Assembly (NCBI GenBank): GCA_038523235.1
Contig: JBCBJQ010000054.1
Location: forward strand, 1-37,940
Direction of reading: 5' to 3'
From: Cyanobacteria bacterium J06626_4
GTDB taxonomy: Bacteria; Cyanobacteriota; Cyanobacteriia; Phormidesmidales; Phormidesmidaceae
DNA length: 37,940 nt
The position numbers and the translations under genes are program-made. Shown piece after piece: positions 1-9,443 of this stretch; within the stretch, counting starts at the first letter, position 1; each line of letters opens with the position of its first letter. The notes beneath the pieces were generated by a model. It was not told the DNA's origin. It ran no database searches and saw only the letters and a list, made by a program, of their open reading frames with translations.

Positions 1-30
1 AAGATTTCGGAGCGATCGAAGCTGTATTGT

Positions 31-231
31 CTATATTTGAGCGAGGAATTTTTGAGTGAGATCGCTTTTGGGATTCGTGAAAAATTCTTCAGGAGTGCCC
101 GTTTCCACAATCAACCTGTCTGCCATAAAGACAATGCGGTCGGTGACCTCGCGAGCAAAGCCGACTTCGTGAGTGACGCACACTACAACCATGCCAAACT
201 CCGACCCCTTTTTCGGATGCTTTACGCTCAA
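31..231 (-). pseudogene. 3' remnant of a polar amino-acid ABC transporter ATP-binding protein (GlnQ-like)
   Basis: GMVVVCVTHEVGFAREVTDRIVFMADRLIVETGTPEEFFTNPKSDLTQKFLAQI matches the H-loop and C-terminus of GlnQ-type ATPases. Walker A/B and signature motifs are absent, and the hydrolase gene ending at 257 occupies the upstream space. Confidence 0.8.
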
Positions 232-256
232 CTCCAGTAATCGATCAGAGTTTGGC

Positions 257-1168
257 TTACTCGGCTAACCACTGCTGCATGGCGTCAGCCACCGGCACCG
301 CCTGCTCTAGATGAGGCACATGGCCGCAGTTATCGATCCACGTTAGCTGCGCCTGAGGAATTAGCGCGGCAAACTTAGCCGCGTCTTTGGTTCCCACAAT
401 TTTGTCCTGGCGTCCCCACAAAATCAGCGTCGGACAGTCCAGGTCACCCAGTCGGTTGGCCAAAGCTGTGTAGCCGCCCCCCTTGGTAAAGGCAATCAGC
501 GCCTCTGACCAATGGGGGCAAGCGAGATGTAGTGAGGCACAGACCTCAGCATCTGGCGTCACCCACGACTTGTCGGCATAAGCCTGCCGGCTTATCCGTC
601 GCCGTACGCCCGGATTTTTGAGAAACGCCGTCGCCCATCGATCCAACGGGGGAAACATCAGTCGTCCCATCGCTGGGCCAGCAGCGAGCCCAGCACTGTC
701 GAGCAGCACTAGACGGCTAACGGCCTCTGGATAGGCCAGCGCAAACTCGATCGCCGCTGCCCCCCCCATCGAAGCGCCTACCAACACCACCGGCTGCTTG
801 ATCGTCTGTTGCCAAAAGCGATAGAGATGCTGCTTGATGTCGCTCGGCGTGATGGTTGCCGTCAGGGGGCGATCGCCGAAGCCAAAGCCTAACAAGTCAA
901 TCGCCCAGGTTTCGCGCCAGTCAGCCAAGAGCGGCACCAAACGGCGAAATTCTAACAGAGAGCTATCAAAGCCGTGCAGCAATAGCAGCGGGGGCTGCCC
1001 CTGCCCTTGTCGCACATAGGTGGTGGCCAATGGGCGATCGCTCAGCGGCGTCGAGACCGTCACCTGCTCAATCTGCTGGGCTAGGTGGATTGAGGTTGGC
1101 TCCGTCAGCTGTTGCACGGCTTCGGGCAAAAACTCCGGGAAGGTGGCTAAAGAAGGATGGGCACTCAT
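257..1168 (-). CDS. alpha/beta fold hydrolase
   Basis: HGFD oxyanion motif, GASMGG nucleophile elbow, WGRQD acid and CGHVPH catalytic His. Overlaps the ictB stop (ATGA). Confidence 0.92.
   Translation of the reverse strand: MSAHPSLATFPEFLPEAVQQLTEPTSIHLAQQIEQVTVSTPLSDRPLATTYVRQGQGQPPLLLLHGFDSSLLEFRRLVPLLADWRETWAIDLLGFGFGDRPLTATITPSDIKQHLYRFWQQTIKQPVVLVGASMGGAAAIEFALAYPEAVSRLVLLDSAGLAAGPAMGRLMFPPLDRWATAFLKNPGVRRRISRQAYADKSWVTPDAEVCASLHLACPHWSEALIAFTKGGGYTALANRLGDLDCPTLILWGRQDKIVGTKDAAKFAALIPQAQLTWIDNCGHVPHLEQAVPVADAMQQWLAE
869..876. repeat. HIP1 octamer GCGATCGC (example; iterated throughout the window)
   Basis: Seen at 869-876, 1034-1041, 12071-12078, 15591-15598 and many other sites. This is the known cyanobacterial highly iterated palindrome. 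Confidence 0.95.
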
Positions 1169-2550
1169 GATTCAGGAGAAAGCCGCTTGGGTTTGCTGCG
1201 GTAATAGCTGGCCACCAAGGCCAACATCATCCACCAGAGAGTGCTGACCTGGGGGCGATACCAAATCGTATCGACCAGACCATGCACCAACATACCGGCC
1301 ATGGTGGCGAGGGCGGCGATCAACCAATAGGCCTGCACCGACTGCACTTCTCGCAACTGCTGCAAGAGACGCCAGCCTTGGCCCAAGGTTACTGACAGCA
1401 ACCAAAAGAACATCGTGAGCCCGATCAAACCGGCTTCGACAGCAATTTCTAAAACGACCGAATAGGCGCTCAGGGCGGTGTAGTTGGGCTTTTGATAAAG
1501 CGGGTAGATCTGGTTAAAGGCGTCGTTGCCGGGGCCAATGCCCAACACCGGGCGCGCCTTGATCATGTCTACCACCGCCAGCCATACGTTGATGCGAAAG
1601 TTGTTGCTGCTGTCGTCTCGTCCTGCAAAGATGCTCATGACGCGATCGCGCAGCGGTGCCAGCGCCGCCACCGACAGCACCAAAAAAGCTGCCGAGCCAC
1701 CCAACAGTAGCGGGATGGTCCATCGCTGCCAAAAATCGTTAAAGCGAATGCTCCAAAACTGCACCAGCAAGACCGCCAGCGTAAACCCACCGGCCACAAA
1801 GCCTAACCACCCGCCCCGGCTAAAGGTCAATACCAAACAGGCCGCATTTACCAGTAGCGACAGGGCCGCCAACACTTTGGGTGTCCACCGCGGCCAGGCA
1901 AATATCGCTGACCCACTCAACATCACCGCCGGAATCAAATAGCCCGCCAGCAAGTTCGGATTGCCCAAATAGCTATACACACGAGTCGTGCCCGCCAGGT
2001 TAGAGGACGGGTCCACCCAGGTCGCCAAAGCGTCCGCCCCAAAAAACCACTGCCGCAGGCCAAACACCGAGACGACCAAAGCGGTGAGCAAATACACAGT
2101 GATTAGACTCGTGCGCAAGGGGGGCCGCCGCAGCACCCGGGCCAACAACAGAAACAGCAAGACGTTGAGTGTGAGCTTGATCAACCCGGCGATCGCGGCC
2201 CCCCGCACGGGTGAGACCGCCGTCGCCAGCAGCATCACCCCCCAATAGCTAATGACCATGAGATGAATCGGGGTCAACCCTTCCCCTGCCTCATCAGACA
2301 CCGTCAGCAGCAGCCAAAAGGCACTACAGGCTAACAACAAGATGCCAATCAACGTGGTTGAGACATAGGGCGCTAAGGCGAATAGAATCGCGGCGACGCC
2401 TAGGGCGATCGCATCTCCCCACTGCAGCAGCCAGCTGCCTTGTCGCCATGAGCGCGCAAAGGCTAACAGCCGATGTAGTAGGCTAACCTCGCGCCACTGG
2501 TGCAACGCAAAGCGATTGAGGGTTAGGGTTTGCCAAGCATTACTCAACAT
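1165..2550 (-). CDS. ictB: IctB family membrane protein (O-antigen ligase-like, putative bicarbonate-transport-associated)
   Basis: Multi-TM protein with RVYSYLGNPNLLAGY, TFSRGGW, DDSSNNFRINVW, GIGPGNDAFNQIYPLYQ and HGLVDTIWYRPQ motifs typical of cyanobacterial IctB. Confidence 0.92.
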   Translation of the reverse strand: MLSNAWQTLTLNRFALHQWREVSLLHRLLAFARSWRQGSWLLQWGDAIALGVAAILFALAPYVSTTLIGILLLACSAFWLLLTVSDEAGEGLTPIHLMVISYWGVMLLATAVSPVRGAAIAGLIKLTLNVLLFLLLARVLRRPPLRTSLITVYLLTALVVSVFGLRQWFFGADALATWVDPSSNLAGTTRVYSYLGNPNLLAGYLIPAVMLSGSAIFAWPRWTPKVLAALSLLVNAACLVLTFSRGGWLGFVAGGFTLAVLLVQFWSIRFNDFWQRWTIPLLLGGSAAFLVLSVAALAPLRDRVMSIFAGRDDSSNNFRINVWLAVVDMIKARPVLGIGPGNDAFNQIYPLYQKPNYTALSAYSVVLEIAVEAGLIGLTMFFWLLSVTLGQGWRLLQQLREVQSVQAYWLIAALATMAGMLVHGLVDTIWYRPQVSTLWWMMLALVASYYRSKPKRLSPES

Positions 2551-2629
2551 AGTCCAGCGTGCTATCCCAGCATTACTAGGATTTATTCTGCACTATTCCG
2601 GCCTGTTCGCGAGCCCTCTGACCGGAATC

Positions 2630-3532
2630 TCAGCTAAAGGTAAACCCCGCCTCTTGCCAAGACAGCAGCGCCGACTCATCCGGCAAGTCCTGCAGATCGG
2701 TATGGGTCACGTCACAGCGAGGTTGCCCCAGTTCCGCCAGGCAGAGATTGGTGTATAGACGAGCAATCACCTGTCGGCCCGCTTCTGTGGCCGCGAGATA
2801 CCGCATACTCTCTTTGACATAGGGATAAACGACCTGCCAAAAGAAATAAGGGTAAGCGGTCTGCAAATCCTTCGGGGTCGCATAGCCCAGCACCCGATTC
2901 ATCCCCACTTCTTCAAACTCTTGAAACAGCGCAGGCAGCTTCTGTAGATAGAACGGATCACTGAGTTGCCCCAACAAATCGGCGGCTCGGCATAATCCGC
3001 CGTAGCTCAATTTATCTTGATAAGCCGCCCCGTGGGGAATGGGAAATCGCGTCATTTCGATCGCCGTTTGTAAGCTTTTAAGATCGATTTGCGGCGGCAA
3101 TGCCAAGGTTGCGACATAGGCTTTGCTCCGATCAACATGGCAATCTTGCAGCGCCGCACCGGTGGCCGTCGGCGGAATTTTGACCCAGCCACTGCGACCA
3201 TCAAAATAACAGTAGCGATCGCCATTATCTCGCCCTAGAATGCCTTTGACGTAGCCAATATCATGGCAGAACAGCGACAGCATAAACTGGAGCCAATCAA
3301 TCGGTGAAACCGTACCTTCATGATGCTGCTTACCAGCTAAGATCGCTTGCCCCACCTTGACGACCTGCCAGCTGTGGTCGAGGGTATGGTAGGGGGCGTC
3401 ACCTTTCACAATGGCCTCAATCACTGGGTTGATCAGCTCCATCAGCACATGATCGTAGCGGGGGCCAAACGGGCCAAATAGGGTCTGGTAACGATCGCTC
3501 AGCCAAACCAATTCAGCGTCAAAGTTGAGCAT
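2630..3532 (-). CDS. HD-domain metal-dependent phosphohydrolase (Npun_R2479-like family)
   Basis: YHTLDH...CHDIGY...HVDRS...RAADLLGQL metal-binding pattern. Confidence 0.8.
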   Translation of the reverse strand: MLNFDAELVWLSDRYQTLFGPFGPRYDHVLMELINPVIEAIVKGDAPYHTLDHSWQVVKVGQAILAGKQHHEGTVSPIDWLQFMLSLFCHDIGYVKGILGRDNGDRYCYFDGRSGWVKIPPTATGAALQDCHVDRSKAYVATLALPPQIDLKSLQTAIEMTRFPIPHGAAYQDKLSYGGLCRAADLLGQLSDPFYLQKLPALFQEFEEVGMNRVLGYATPKDLQTAYPYFFWQVVYPYVKESMRYLAATEAGRQVIARLYTNLCLAELGQPRCDVTHTDLQDLPDESALLSWQEAGFTFS

Positions 3533-3973
3533 ATCTTTTAATCTCTAGGGGTCGATGTTGTAAAAACAAAGACTCTAACTAGCCGATTACGGAGAGAGAG
3601 AACAAATCTTTTCGAGCCTGGCTACCTCAATCAGCCGAGGCATTCAATCAGTTTATGGACGGTTTTTGAGGGAAATCCAAAACGAACTATTAGAACAGGG
3701 ATAGTTGTGTAAACGTCTTGGATGTGTTTAATCTAACCAATAAAATTTTGGGATGACAGATATGAATCAGCTTTCTCTGTGATTTAAATCAAACAAAAGG
3801 TAAATTCTTTGCGGAAACTTCTGTCAAAAATAAGTAGAAACCTTGAAAAATGAAAAAATCAGCGATTGCATCATCGCCAAAATCGACCAAACAAATGCTG
3901 ACGTTACCCGCCTAAGCAATCAAACCAGCATGGCAGCTCTTCCTAAGTAAACAAGATATCGTTGCTCAGGGCG

Positions 3974-4624
3974 TTAAGAAGAGGTCGAAGATGCCGCTCG
4001 TCGGCTCTGCATGACGGCATGTTCCATTCGTTTAAAGTCGCGGTTAACTTCTTGCCACAGCATCTTGTTGTGCGGGTCGAGGCGCAGCGCTTTTTTCAGA
4101 GCGCGGCGGGCTTTTTCGTAATGGCCATGGCGGATCAAATAGCGGCCCCAGCGTTGATAGGCGATCGCCTGCCACTGTATGACCTCGAGGTCATCGGTCA
4201 GGCGCTGCGCCAGGCCATCAACGAGCGCGATCGCCCGCGGAAACCGCTGCGCTTGAAATAGTAGCTTCAGTTGATTAAACCCTCTCTGCTTGAGGATCTG
4301 ATCTTCTGGGGAGAGGTCGGGGTTGACTTGCACTGTCACACGGCTCGCCGCCGGGCGAGTGACCGTAACTTTGGGGCGCGTTGAGACGGTTGAGGTGACC
4401 GCAGCAGTGTTCTCGGCGGTAGCGACGGGCGTCGGCATTGCGGCCGAGAGCGCCTGGTAGGCCTGGGTAATGCGGATGAATTTGTCTTCGGCTTCGCGAT
4501 CGCCCGGATTCATATCAGGATGATAGCGGCGAGCCAATCGCCGATAAGATGCCTTGACGTCCTCAAAACTGGCATTAGAGCGCAATCCCAATACCCTTAG
4601 TTCATCCACCAGTTGCTTACGCAC
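3974..4624 (-). CDS. J-domain (DnaJ-like) protein with C-terminal TPR-like region
   Basis: VLGL...VKASYRRLARRYHPD...AEDKFIRITQAYQAL J-domain with HPD, plus a TPR-like C-terminus (KARRALKKALRLDPHN). Start moved to GTG at 4624 because GGAGG lies just upstream; the ORF track start is 4702. Confidence 0.85.
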   Translation of the reverse strand: MRKQLVDELRVLGLRSNASFEDVKASYRRLARRYHPDMNPGDREAEDKFIRITQAYQALSAAMPTPVATAENTAAVTSTVSTRPKVTVTRPAASRVTVQVNPDLSPEDQILKQRGFNQLKLLFQAQRFPRAIALVDGLAQRLTDDLEVIQWQAIAYQRWGRYLIRHGHYEKARRALKKALRLDPHNKMLWQEVNRDFKRMEHAVMQSRRAASSTSS

Positions 4625-4992
4625 CTTGTCTACCGCCTCCCATGACTCACGCGGTCTGCAACCCCTAACCCCCAAAACGTCAGGCAGGGTCAAACCGCTC
4701 ACTAAGAATGAATGGTGTAAGTCTATCTTTTAATTTCAAAAATGGTGCGATCGCGCCGCTAAATCTTGCGTCTGCACGCCATCCTCAACTCCTTCACCTA
4801 CCACCACTAGCTTTTTTATTGTAAAAAAAGACCCAAAATTCGTTAACTTCAGGTCTTGATGTAAATATTCAAGATTGTCGGTTACACAAAGTTCCCTAAG
4901 CTGAGAGCCCAGAGGCAAGCATATGACGACTGCCGTCTCCAGGCTCCCTCGCTTCTCGTCCCCTCGGAAATTGCAAGTACCCAGAGTGAGCA

Positions 4993-5613
4993 CTAAGTTG
5001 TGGCGGCTGCCACAGCTTCTTGAGTCCGTTCCTCAATCACCCGGTCAATCAAGCCATACTCCATTGCCGCTTGAGCCGACATGAAATTATCGCGATCGGT
5101 ATCGCGCTCAATCTCTTCCAGAGTTTTGCCCGTGTGCTTAGCCAACATCTGATTCAGTGTGTGCTTGATCCGCACCACCTCTTTCGCCTCAATTTCAATG
5201 TCGGTGGCCTGCCCGCGCGCGCCTCCCAGAGGCTGGTGAATCATGATGCGGGCATGGGGCAGCGCTAGCCGCTTACCCGGTGACCCCGCCGCGAGCAAAA
5301 AGGCCCCCATAGAAGCCGCCAAGCCCACGCAAATGGTGATCACCTCAGACTTGATGTGCTGAATGGTGTCGTAAATTGCCATGCCCGCCGTCACCGAGCC
5401 GCCGGGGGAATTGATGTAGAGATAAATCGGCTTGCTGTTGTCATCCGAATCGAGATAGAGCAGGTAGGCCACGATCGCATTAGCGATATTGTCATTCACC
5501 TCTTCCGACAAAAAGATGATGCGCTCCCGAAATAGCCGTTCGTAAATACTGATCCATTGCTCATAGGGACTGCCCGGCATGCGGTAAGCAACGCTTGGAA
5601 CACCAATAGGCAT
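4993..5613 (-). CDS. clpP: ATP-dependent Clp protease proteolytic subunit, ClpP3-type, catalytically intact
   Basis: MPIGVP N-terminus, YINSPGG, and the triad motifs AASMG (Ser), MIHQP (His) and DRDNF (Asp). Confidence 0.95.
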   Translation of the reverse strand: MPIGVPSVAYRMPGSPYEQWISIYERLFRERIIFLSEEVNDNIANAIVAYLLYLDSDDNSKPIYLYINSPGGSVTAGMAIYDTIQHIKSEVITICVGLAASMGAFLLAAGSPGKRLALPHARIMIHQPLGGARGQATDIEIEAKEVVRIKHTLNQMLAKHTGKTLEEIERDTDRDNFMSAQAAMEYGLIDRVIEERTQEAVAAATT

Positions 5614-5688
5614 GATAAAACTCTCCTGAAAGACGTGACTTGAAGTAAAAGAACTTGGAAACTGACGCGATCAGCAGACAATAGCGGT

Positions 5689-6324
5689 TTAATTTGAGTC
5701 CAGCACTCGGTCGATGAGTCCGTAGGCTTGCGCCTCGTGCGGCGTCATATAGAAGGTGCGATCCATATCCTGAGTCAGCTTTTCGATCGTCTGCCCCGTG
5801 TTGCGAGACAGCACCCCTAAAATGAGCTGCCGTTTAGCCAGCACCTCTTCCGCATTGACTTGAATATCCGTCGCCTGTCCCTGCGTGGCCACTTTGGGCT
5901 GCACCAGGGTAATCATGGCGTTGGGCAAGCTCACCCGTTTACCCGGCGCTCCCGACGACAACAGCACCGTTGCCACCCCAATCGATTGCCCCATACAAAT
6001 CGTCGTGATCTCCGATTTGATATGCTGCATCGTGTCTAAAATCGCCAGCGCCGCCGTAATGCCCGACATGCCCGAGAAGGCATCCGCCATTCCCGCCGTG
6101 ACCGGATCGCCCATCGAGTTGATATAGAGGTTGATCGGCTTGCCCTGATCTTCAGAGTCCAGGTACAGCAGGGCTGAAATCACCGAGTTTGCCAACCCCA
6201 TCGTGACGGGCTGATTGAGAAAGATAATGCGTTCCTGACTCAGGCGAGTGTAGATATTAATCCACTGCCAGGACTGACCGCCCGGCACCTGATAGGGAAC
6301 GCGCAAAATTCCATCGACAGACAT
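5689..6324 (-). CDS. non-catalytic ClpP/ClpR-like subunit (ClpP3-like N-terminus, ClpR-like catalytic-site substitutions)
   Basis: ClpP fold motifs are present (ERIIFL, LYINS, QATDIQ, YGLIDRVL), but the triad positions read QSIGVA, TLVQP and DRTFY. Confidence 0.88.
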   Translation of the reverse strand: MSVDGILRVPYQVPGGQSWQWINIYTRLSQERIIFLNQPVTMGLANSVISALLYLDSEDQGKPINLYINSMGDPVTAGMADAFSGMSGITAALAILDTMQHIKSEITTICMGQSIGVATVLLSSGAPGKRVSLPNAMITLVQPKVATQGQATDIQVNAEEVLAKRQLILGVLSRNTGQTIEKLTQDMDRTFYMTPHEAQAYGLIDRVLDSN

Positions 6325-6332
6325 AGCTACTC

Positions 6333-7028
6333 TTAAGCCATTGCAGGCATTGCTTTGGGCAGGTCTTTGGTACTCTCGAGCACCCGATCAATCAGGCCAT
6401 ATTCCTTGGCCTGTTCCGGAGTGAGATAGAAGGTGCGATCGGTATCTTTGGCGATTTTTTCCGCCGATTGCTGGGTCGTGCGCGACAAAATGTCGAGCAT
6501 TGCTGCTTTGTTATCCAAGACCTCTTGAGCCCGAATCTGAATATCCGTTGCTTGGCCACGGCCCATGCCAATCCGCGGTTGATTTAGCACGATGGTGGCA
6601 TTGGGGAGGCTCGCCCGAAAGCCCGGTGTCCCTGCCGACAAAATCATGGCCGCCGTACCCATGGCCTGACCAATACAGATTGTATGCACCGGCGGTTTAA
6701 CGTAGCCGATGGTGTCGCAGATGGCGAAGGCTTCAGTATCTTGGCCGATCGCATCGCCGGTATACCAAGAGGTGCCGGTAGAGTTGATGTAGAAGTAAAT
6801 CGGCTTGTCAGGGTCATCAAACTGTAAGAACAGTAGTTGAGCGATAATCAACTTGGTGACATCGACACCCAGTTGACGCTTGTACTCATCTGCCGAGACC
6901 AGCGGTAGCCCTAAGTAGATGATGCGTTCCTTCAAAAGCAACGACGGCAGATCAGGGGGAGGAGTGCGATAGTAAGCACCACCGCCACCGCCATAGGGAG
7001 CTTGCACAGCACGAATTGTTGAACTCAT
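6333..7028 (-). CDS. clpR: ClpR, non-catalytic Clp core subunit
   Basis: YRTPPPDLPSLLLKERIIYLGLPL N-terminus, ClpR-type insertions (LVSADEYKRQLGVDV; STGTSWYTGDAIG), and substituted catalytic residues (QAMGTA, VLNQP, DRTFY). Confidence 0.93.
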   Translation of the reverse strand: MSSTIRAVQAPYGGGGGAYYRTPPPDLPSLLLKERIIYLGLPLVSADEYKRQLGVDVTKLIIAQLLFLQFDDPDKPIYFYINSTGTSWYTGDAIGQDTEAFAICDTIGYVKPPVHTICIGQAMGTAAMILSAGTPGFRASLPNATIVLNQPRIGMGRGQATDIQIRAQEVLDNKAAMLDILSRTTQQSAEKIAKDTDRTFYLTPEQAKEYGLIDRVLESTKDLPKAMPAMA

Positions 7029-7061
7029 AAATGTAATAACTTAGGCTTCGCAGTTCCTAAC

Positions 7062-7089
7062 ATAGTAACGTGTGTATGAATTCTGTCAG
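7062..7089 (-). promoter_or_regulatory. possible sigma70-type promoter of the clpR cluster
   Basis: Minus strand CTGACA-N16-TACTAT, about 35 nt upstream of the clpR ATG. Confidence 0.35.
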
Positions 7090-7142
7090 GGGGCGAGATA
7101 TCCCTACTTCATTGTCCAGTCAATCGTTTCGGAGTTTGCCCG

Positions 7143-8381
7143 ATGGGTATAGCCTTACACTGCGCACTCAGCGATCCCTATTTAGACAGTCAACAAACGG
7201 CAAGTCAGCGGCAGCTGGCGATTTCGATTCAGGCAGTGGTGGGTGAAGAAGATGGTCATGCACCGCTTAACCTCGGGCTCATCTTGGATCACAGCGGCTC
7301 GATGCAGGGGCCGCCGTTGACAACTGTGAAAGAAGCGGCGGGTCGTCTGGTTGATCAGCTCTCTGACACCGATTTGCTGTCTATCGTCGTGTTTGACCAC
7401 CGCGCCAAAGTGCTGTTGCCGTTGCAGCCCGTGAGCGATCGCGATACCCTCAAGCGCAAAATTGATACCCTCAAACCCAGCGGCGGTACGGCGATCGACG
7501 AGGGTCTGAAGCTCGGCATCGAAGAGTCGGCCCAGGGCAAACAGGGTAAAGTTTCTCAGATATTTTTATTGACCGATGGCGAAAATGAGCACGGGGATAA
7601 CCAGCGCTGTCTGAAGCTGGCTCAGGTGGCAGCTGACTATACCCTCACCCTTAACACGTTGGGCTTTGGCGATCACTGGAACCAAGACGTGCTAGAGCAG
7701 ATTGCCGATGCGGGCGGCGGCACGCTGTCTTACATCGAGCAGCCCGACGCCGCTGTCGCCGAATTCAACCGTTTACTGAGCCGCGCCCAGTCCGTCTTTT
7801 TTACCAATGCCTATTTGCATCTCACGCTGCTGCCCGGCGTTCGTTTAGCCGAACTTAAACCCGTGGCTCAGGTCGCCCCAGAAACTGTGGAACTGCCGTT
7901 TTCGCAAACCGGACAAGAAATTGTGATCCGCCTGGGAGACTTGATGACCGACAGCCCCCGAATCGTGCTGACGAATCTCTACATTGGGGCGCAAGGAGAA
8001 GGTAGCTTTGCCATCGTTAGCGCCTACATTCGCTATGATGCGCCCACGAGCGACCAAACCGACTTACAGTCGGATGTGGTCAGCGTCACTGCCACGGCTC
8101 AACCCACCTACCACCCCACACCCGATGAGCAGGTGCAAAAGCATGTGCTCACCCTGGCCAAATATCGACAAACGCAAATTGCTGAGCAAAAGCTAGCCAG
8201 TGGCGATCGCCAAGGTGCTGCCACCCTATTGCAATCAGCCGCCCAGACGGCTCTGCAAATGGGTGATGAAGCCGCTGCCACGGTCTTGCAGACCAATGCA
8301 ACTCAGCTCCAGGCGGGCAAAGATCTCTCCGAGCGCGATCGCAAGCGCACGCGGATCGTATCCAAGACTCAGCTACAGTAA
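7143..8381 (+). CDS. von Willebrand factor A (VWA) domain protein, YfbK-like
   Basis: MIDAS elements LDHSGSM, GGTAID and LLTDGEN, followed by a beta-rich domain and a helical C-terminus. Confidence 0.9.
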   Translation: MGIALHCALSDPYLDSQQTASQRQLAISIQAVVGEEDGHAPLNLGLILDHSGSMQGPPLTTVKEAAGRLVDQLSDTDLLSIVVFDHRAKVLLPLQPVSDRDTLKRKIDTLKPSGGTAIDEGLKLGIEESAQGKQGKVSQIFLLTDGENEHGDNQRCLKLAQVAADYTLTLNTLGFGDHWNQDVLEQIADAGGGTLSYIEQPDAAVAEFNRLLSRAQSVFFTNAYLHLTLLPGVRLAELKPVAQVAPETVELPFSQTGQEIVIRLGDLMTDSPRIVLTNLYIGAQGEGSFAIVSAYIRYDAPTSDQTDLQSDVVSVTATAQPTYHPTPDEQVQKHVLTLAKYRQTQIAEQKLASGDRQGAATLLQSAAQTALQMGDEAAATVLQTNATQLQAGKDLSERDRKRTRIVSKTQLQ

Positions 8382-8387
8382 AACCCT

Positions 8388-9443
8388 ATGCAGATTTCGA
8401 TCACGCCGTTCACGGTGCATAAGCGGGTGGCTCTCACGATTAGCCGAGGCACCCATGCTCAATCCACCAATCTCTGGGTTCGTCTCGCCGCTGACGGCAT
8501 CGAAGGCTGGGGCGAAGCCACGCCGTTCTCGGTCGGCACCCACACTCAAACGGTGACCCAGATTCAGCAAGAGCTAGCAGATTTAGCGCCCGTGCTGTCC
8601 GAATTTCATCCCCTAGAACGACAGCGGTTGGCCCCACATTTAGCAGCGCTGAGCTCAGCGGCCCGTGCAGCGATCGATGTGGCCCTGCACGACTGGCTCG
8701 GCAAGCAGGTGGGCTTGCCTCTATGGCAACTCTGGGGGTTAGATCGACAGCAAATTGGCCCCACGGCAGTCACTATCGGCATCAGTGCTCCCGAGCTAGC
8801 GGTACAGCGATTACACCAGTGGCAAACCCAATTGCCCGATGTGCAATCAGTCAAGATTAAGTTGGGCAGTCCTCAGGGCATGCAGACCGATCAGGCCATG
8901 ATGACGGCGCTCCTTTCAGCGATCCCAGCCGATACAAAAGTGAGCATTGATGCGAATGGCGGATGGGATTTAGAGACGGCAATCGCGATGGCTGACTGGC
9001 TAGCCGATCGTGGCATCGCTTATCTAGAACAACCCTTACCCGTTGCACTGGATGAAGCCTTAGAAAAATTGTCGGCGCGATCGCCTTTACCCATTTTTGT
9101 GGATGAAAGCTGCTTTACGGCGCAAGACGTCGCTCGGTTGGCCGGTCAAGTGCAGGGCATTAACATCAAGCTAATGAAAGCAGGTGGTCTGACCGAAGCG
9201 CGACGCATGATCCACACCGCGCGGGCCTGCGGCTTGGATGTCATGTTTGGCTGCTACTCTGACAGTGCCATTGCCAATACCGCCCTAGCCCACCTAGCCC
9301 CCTTGGCTGATCATCTGGATTTAGATAGTCATTTGAACCTGACTGACGACCCGTTTCAGGGCAGTAAGATGCAGGCAGGTCGTCTGTTGCCCAACCATGC
9401 CCCTGGTTTAGGATTAACTCACCATGCAATATCTTACGGCTGA
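8388..9443 (+). CDS. enolase-superfamily dipeptide epimerase (L-Ala-D/L-Glu epimerase / DgcA-like racemase)
   Basis: KIKLG, DANGGW, EQP, DES, NIKLMK and DLD motifs of the MLE-subgroup epimerases. Confidence 0.9.
   Translation: MQISITPFTVHKRVALTISRGTHAQSTNLWVRLAADGIEGWGEATPFSVGTHTQTVTQIQQELADLAPVLSEFHPLERQRLAPHLAALSSAARAAIDVALHDWLGKQVGLPLWQLWGLDRQQIGPTAVTIGISAPELAVQRLHQWQTQLPDVQSVKIKLGSPQGMQTDQAMMTALLSAIPADTKVSIDANGGWDLETAIAMADWLADRGIAYLEQPLPVALDEALEKLSARSPLPIFVDESCFTAQDVARLAGQVQGINIKLMKAGGLTEARRMIHTARACGLDVMFGCYSDSAIANTALAHLAPLADHLDLDSHLNLTDDPFQGSKMQAGRLLPNHAPGLGLTHHAISYG

Noticed and set aside
4736..4993. 85-aa ORF between clpP and the J-domain gene
   Set aside because: No recognisable motif, and it spans the likely terminator/promoter region, so it is probably spurious.
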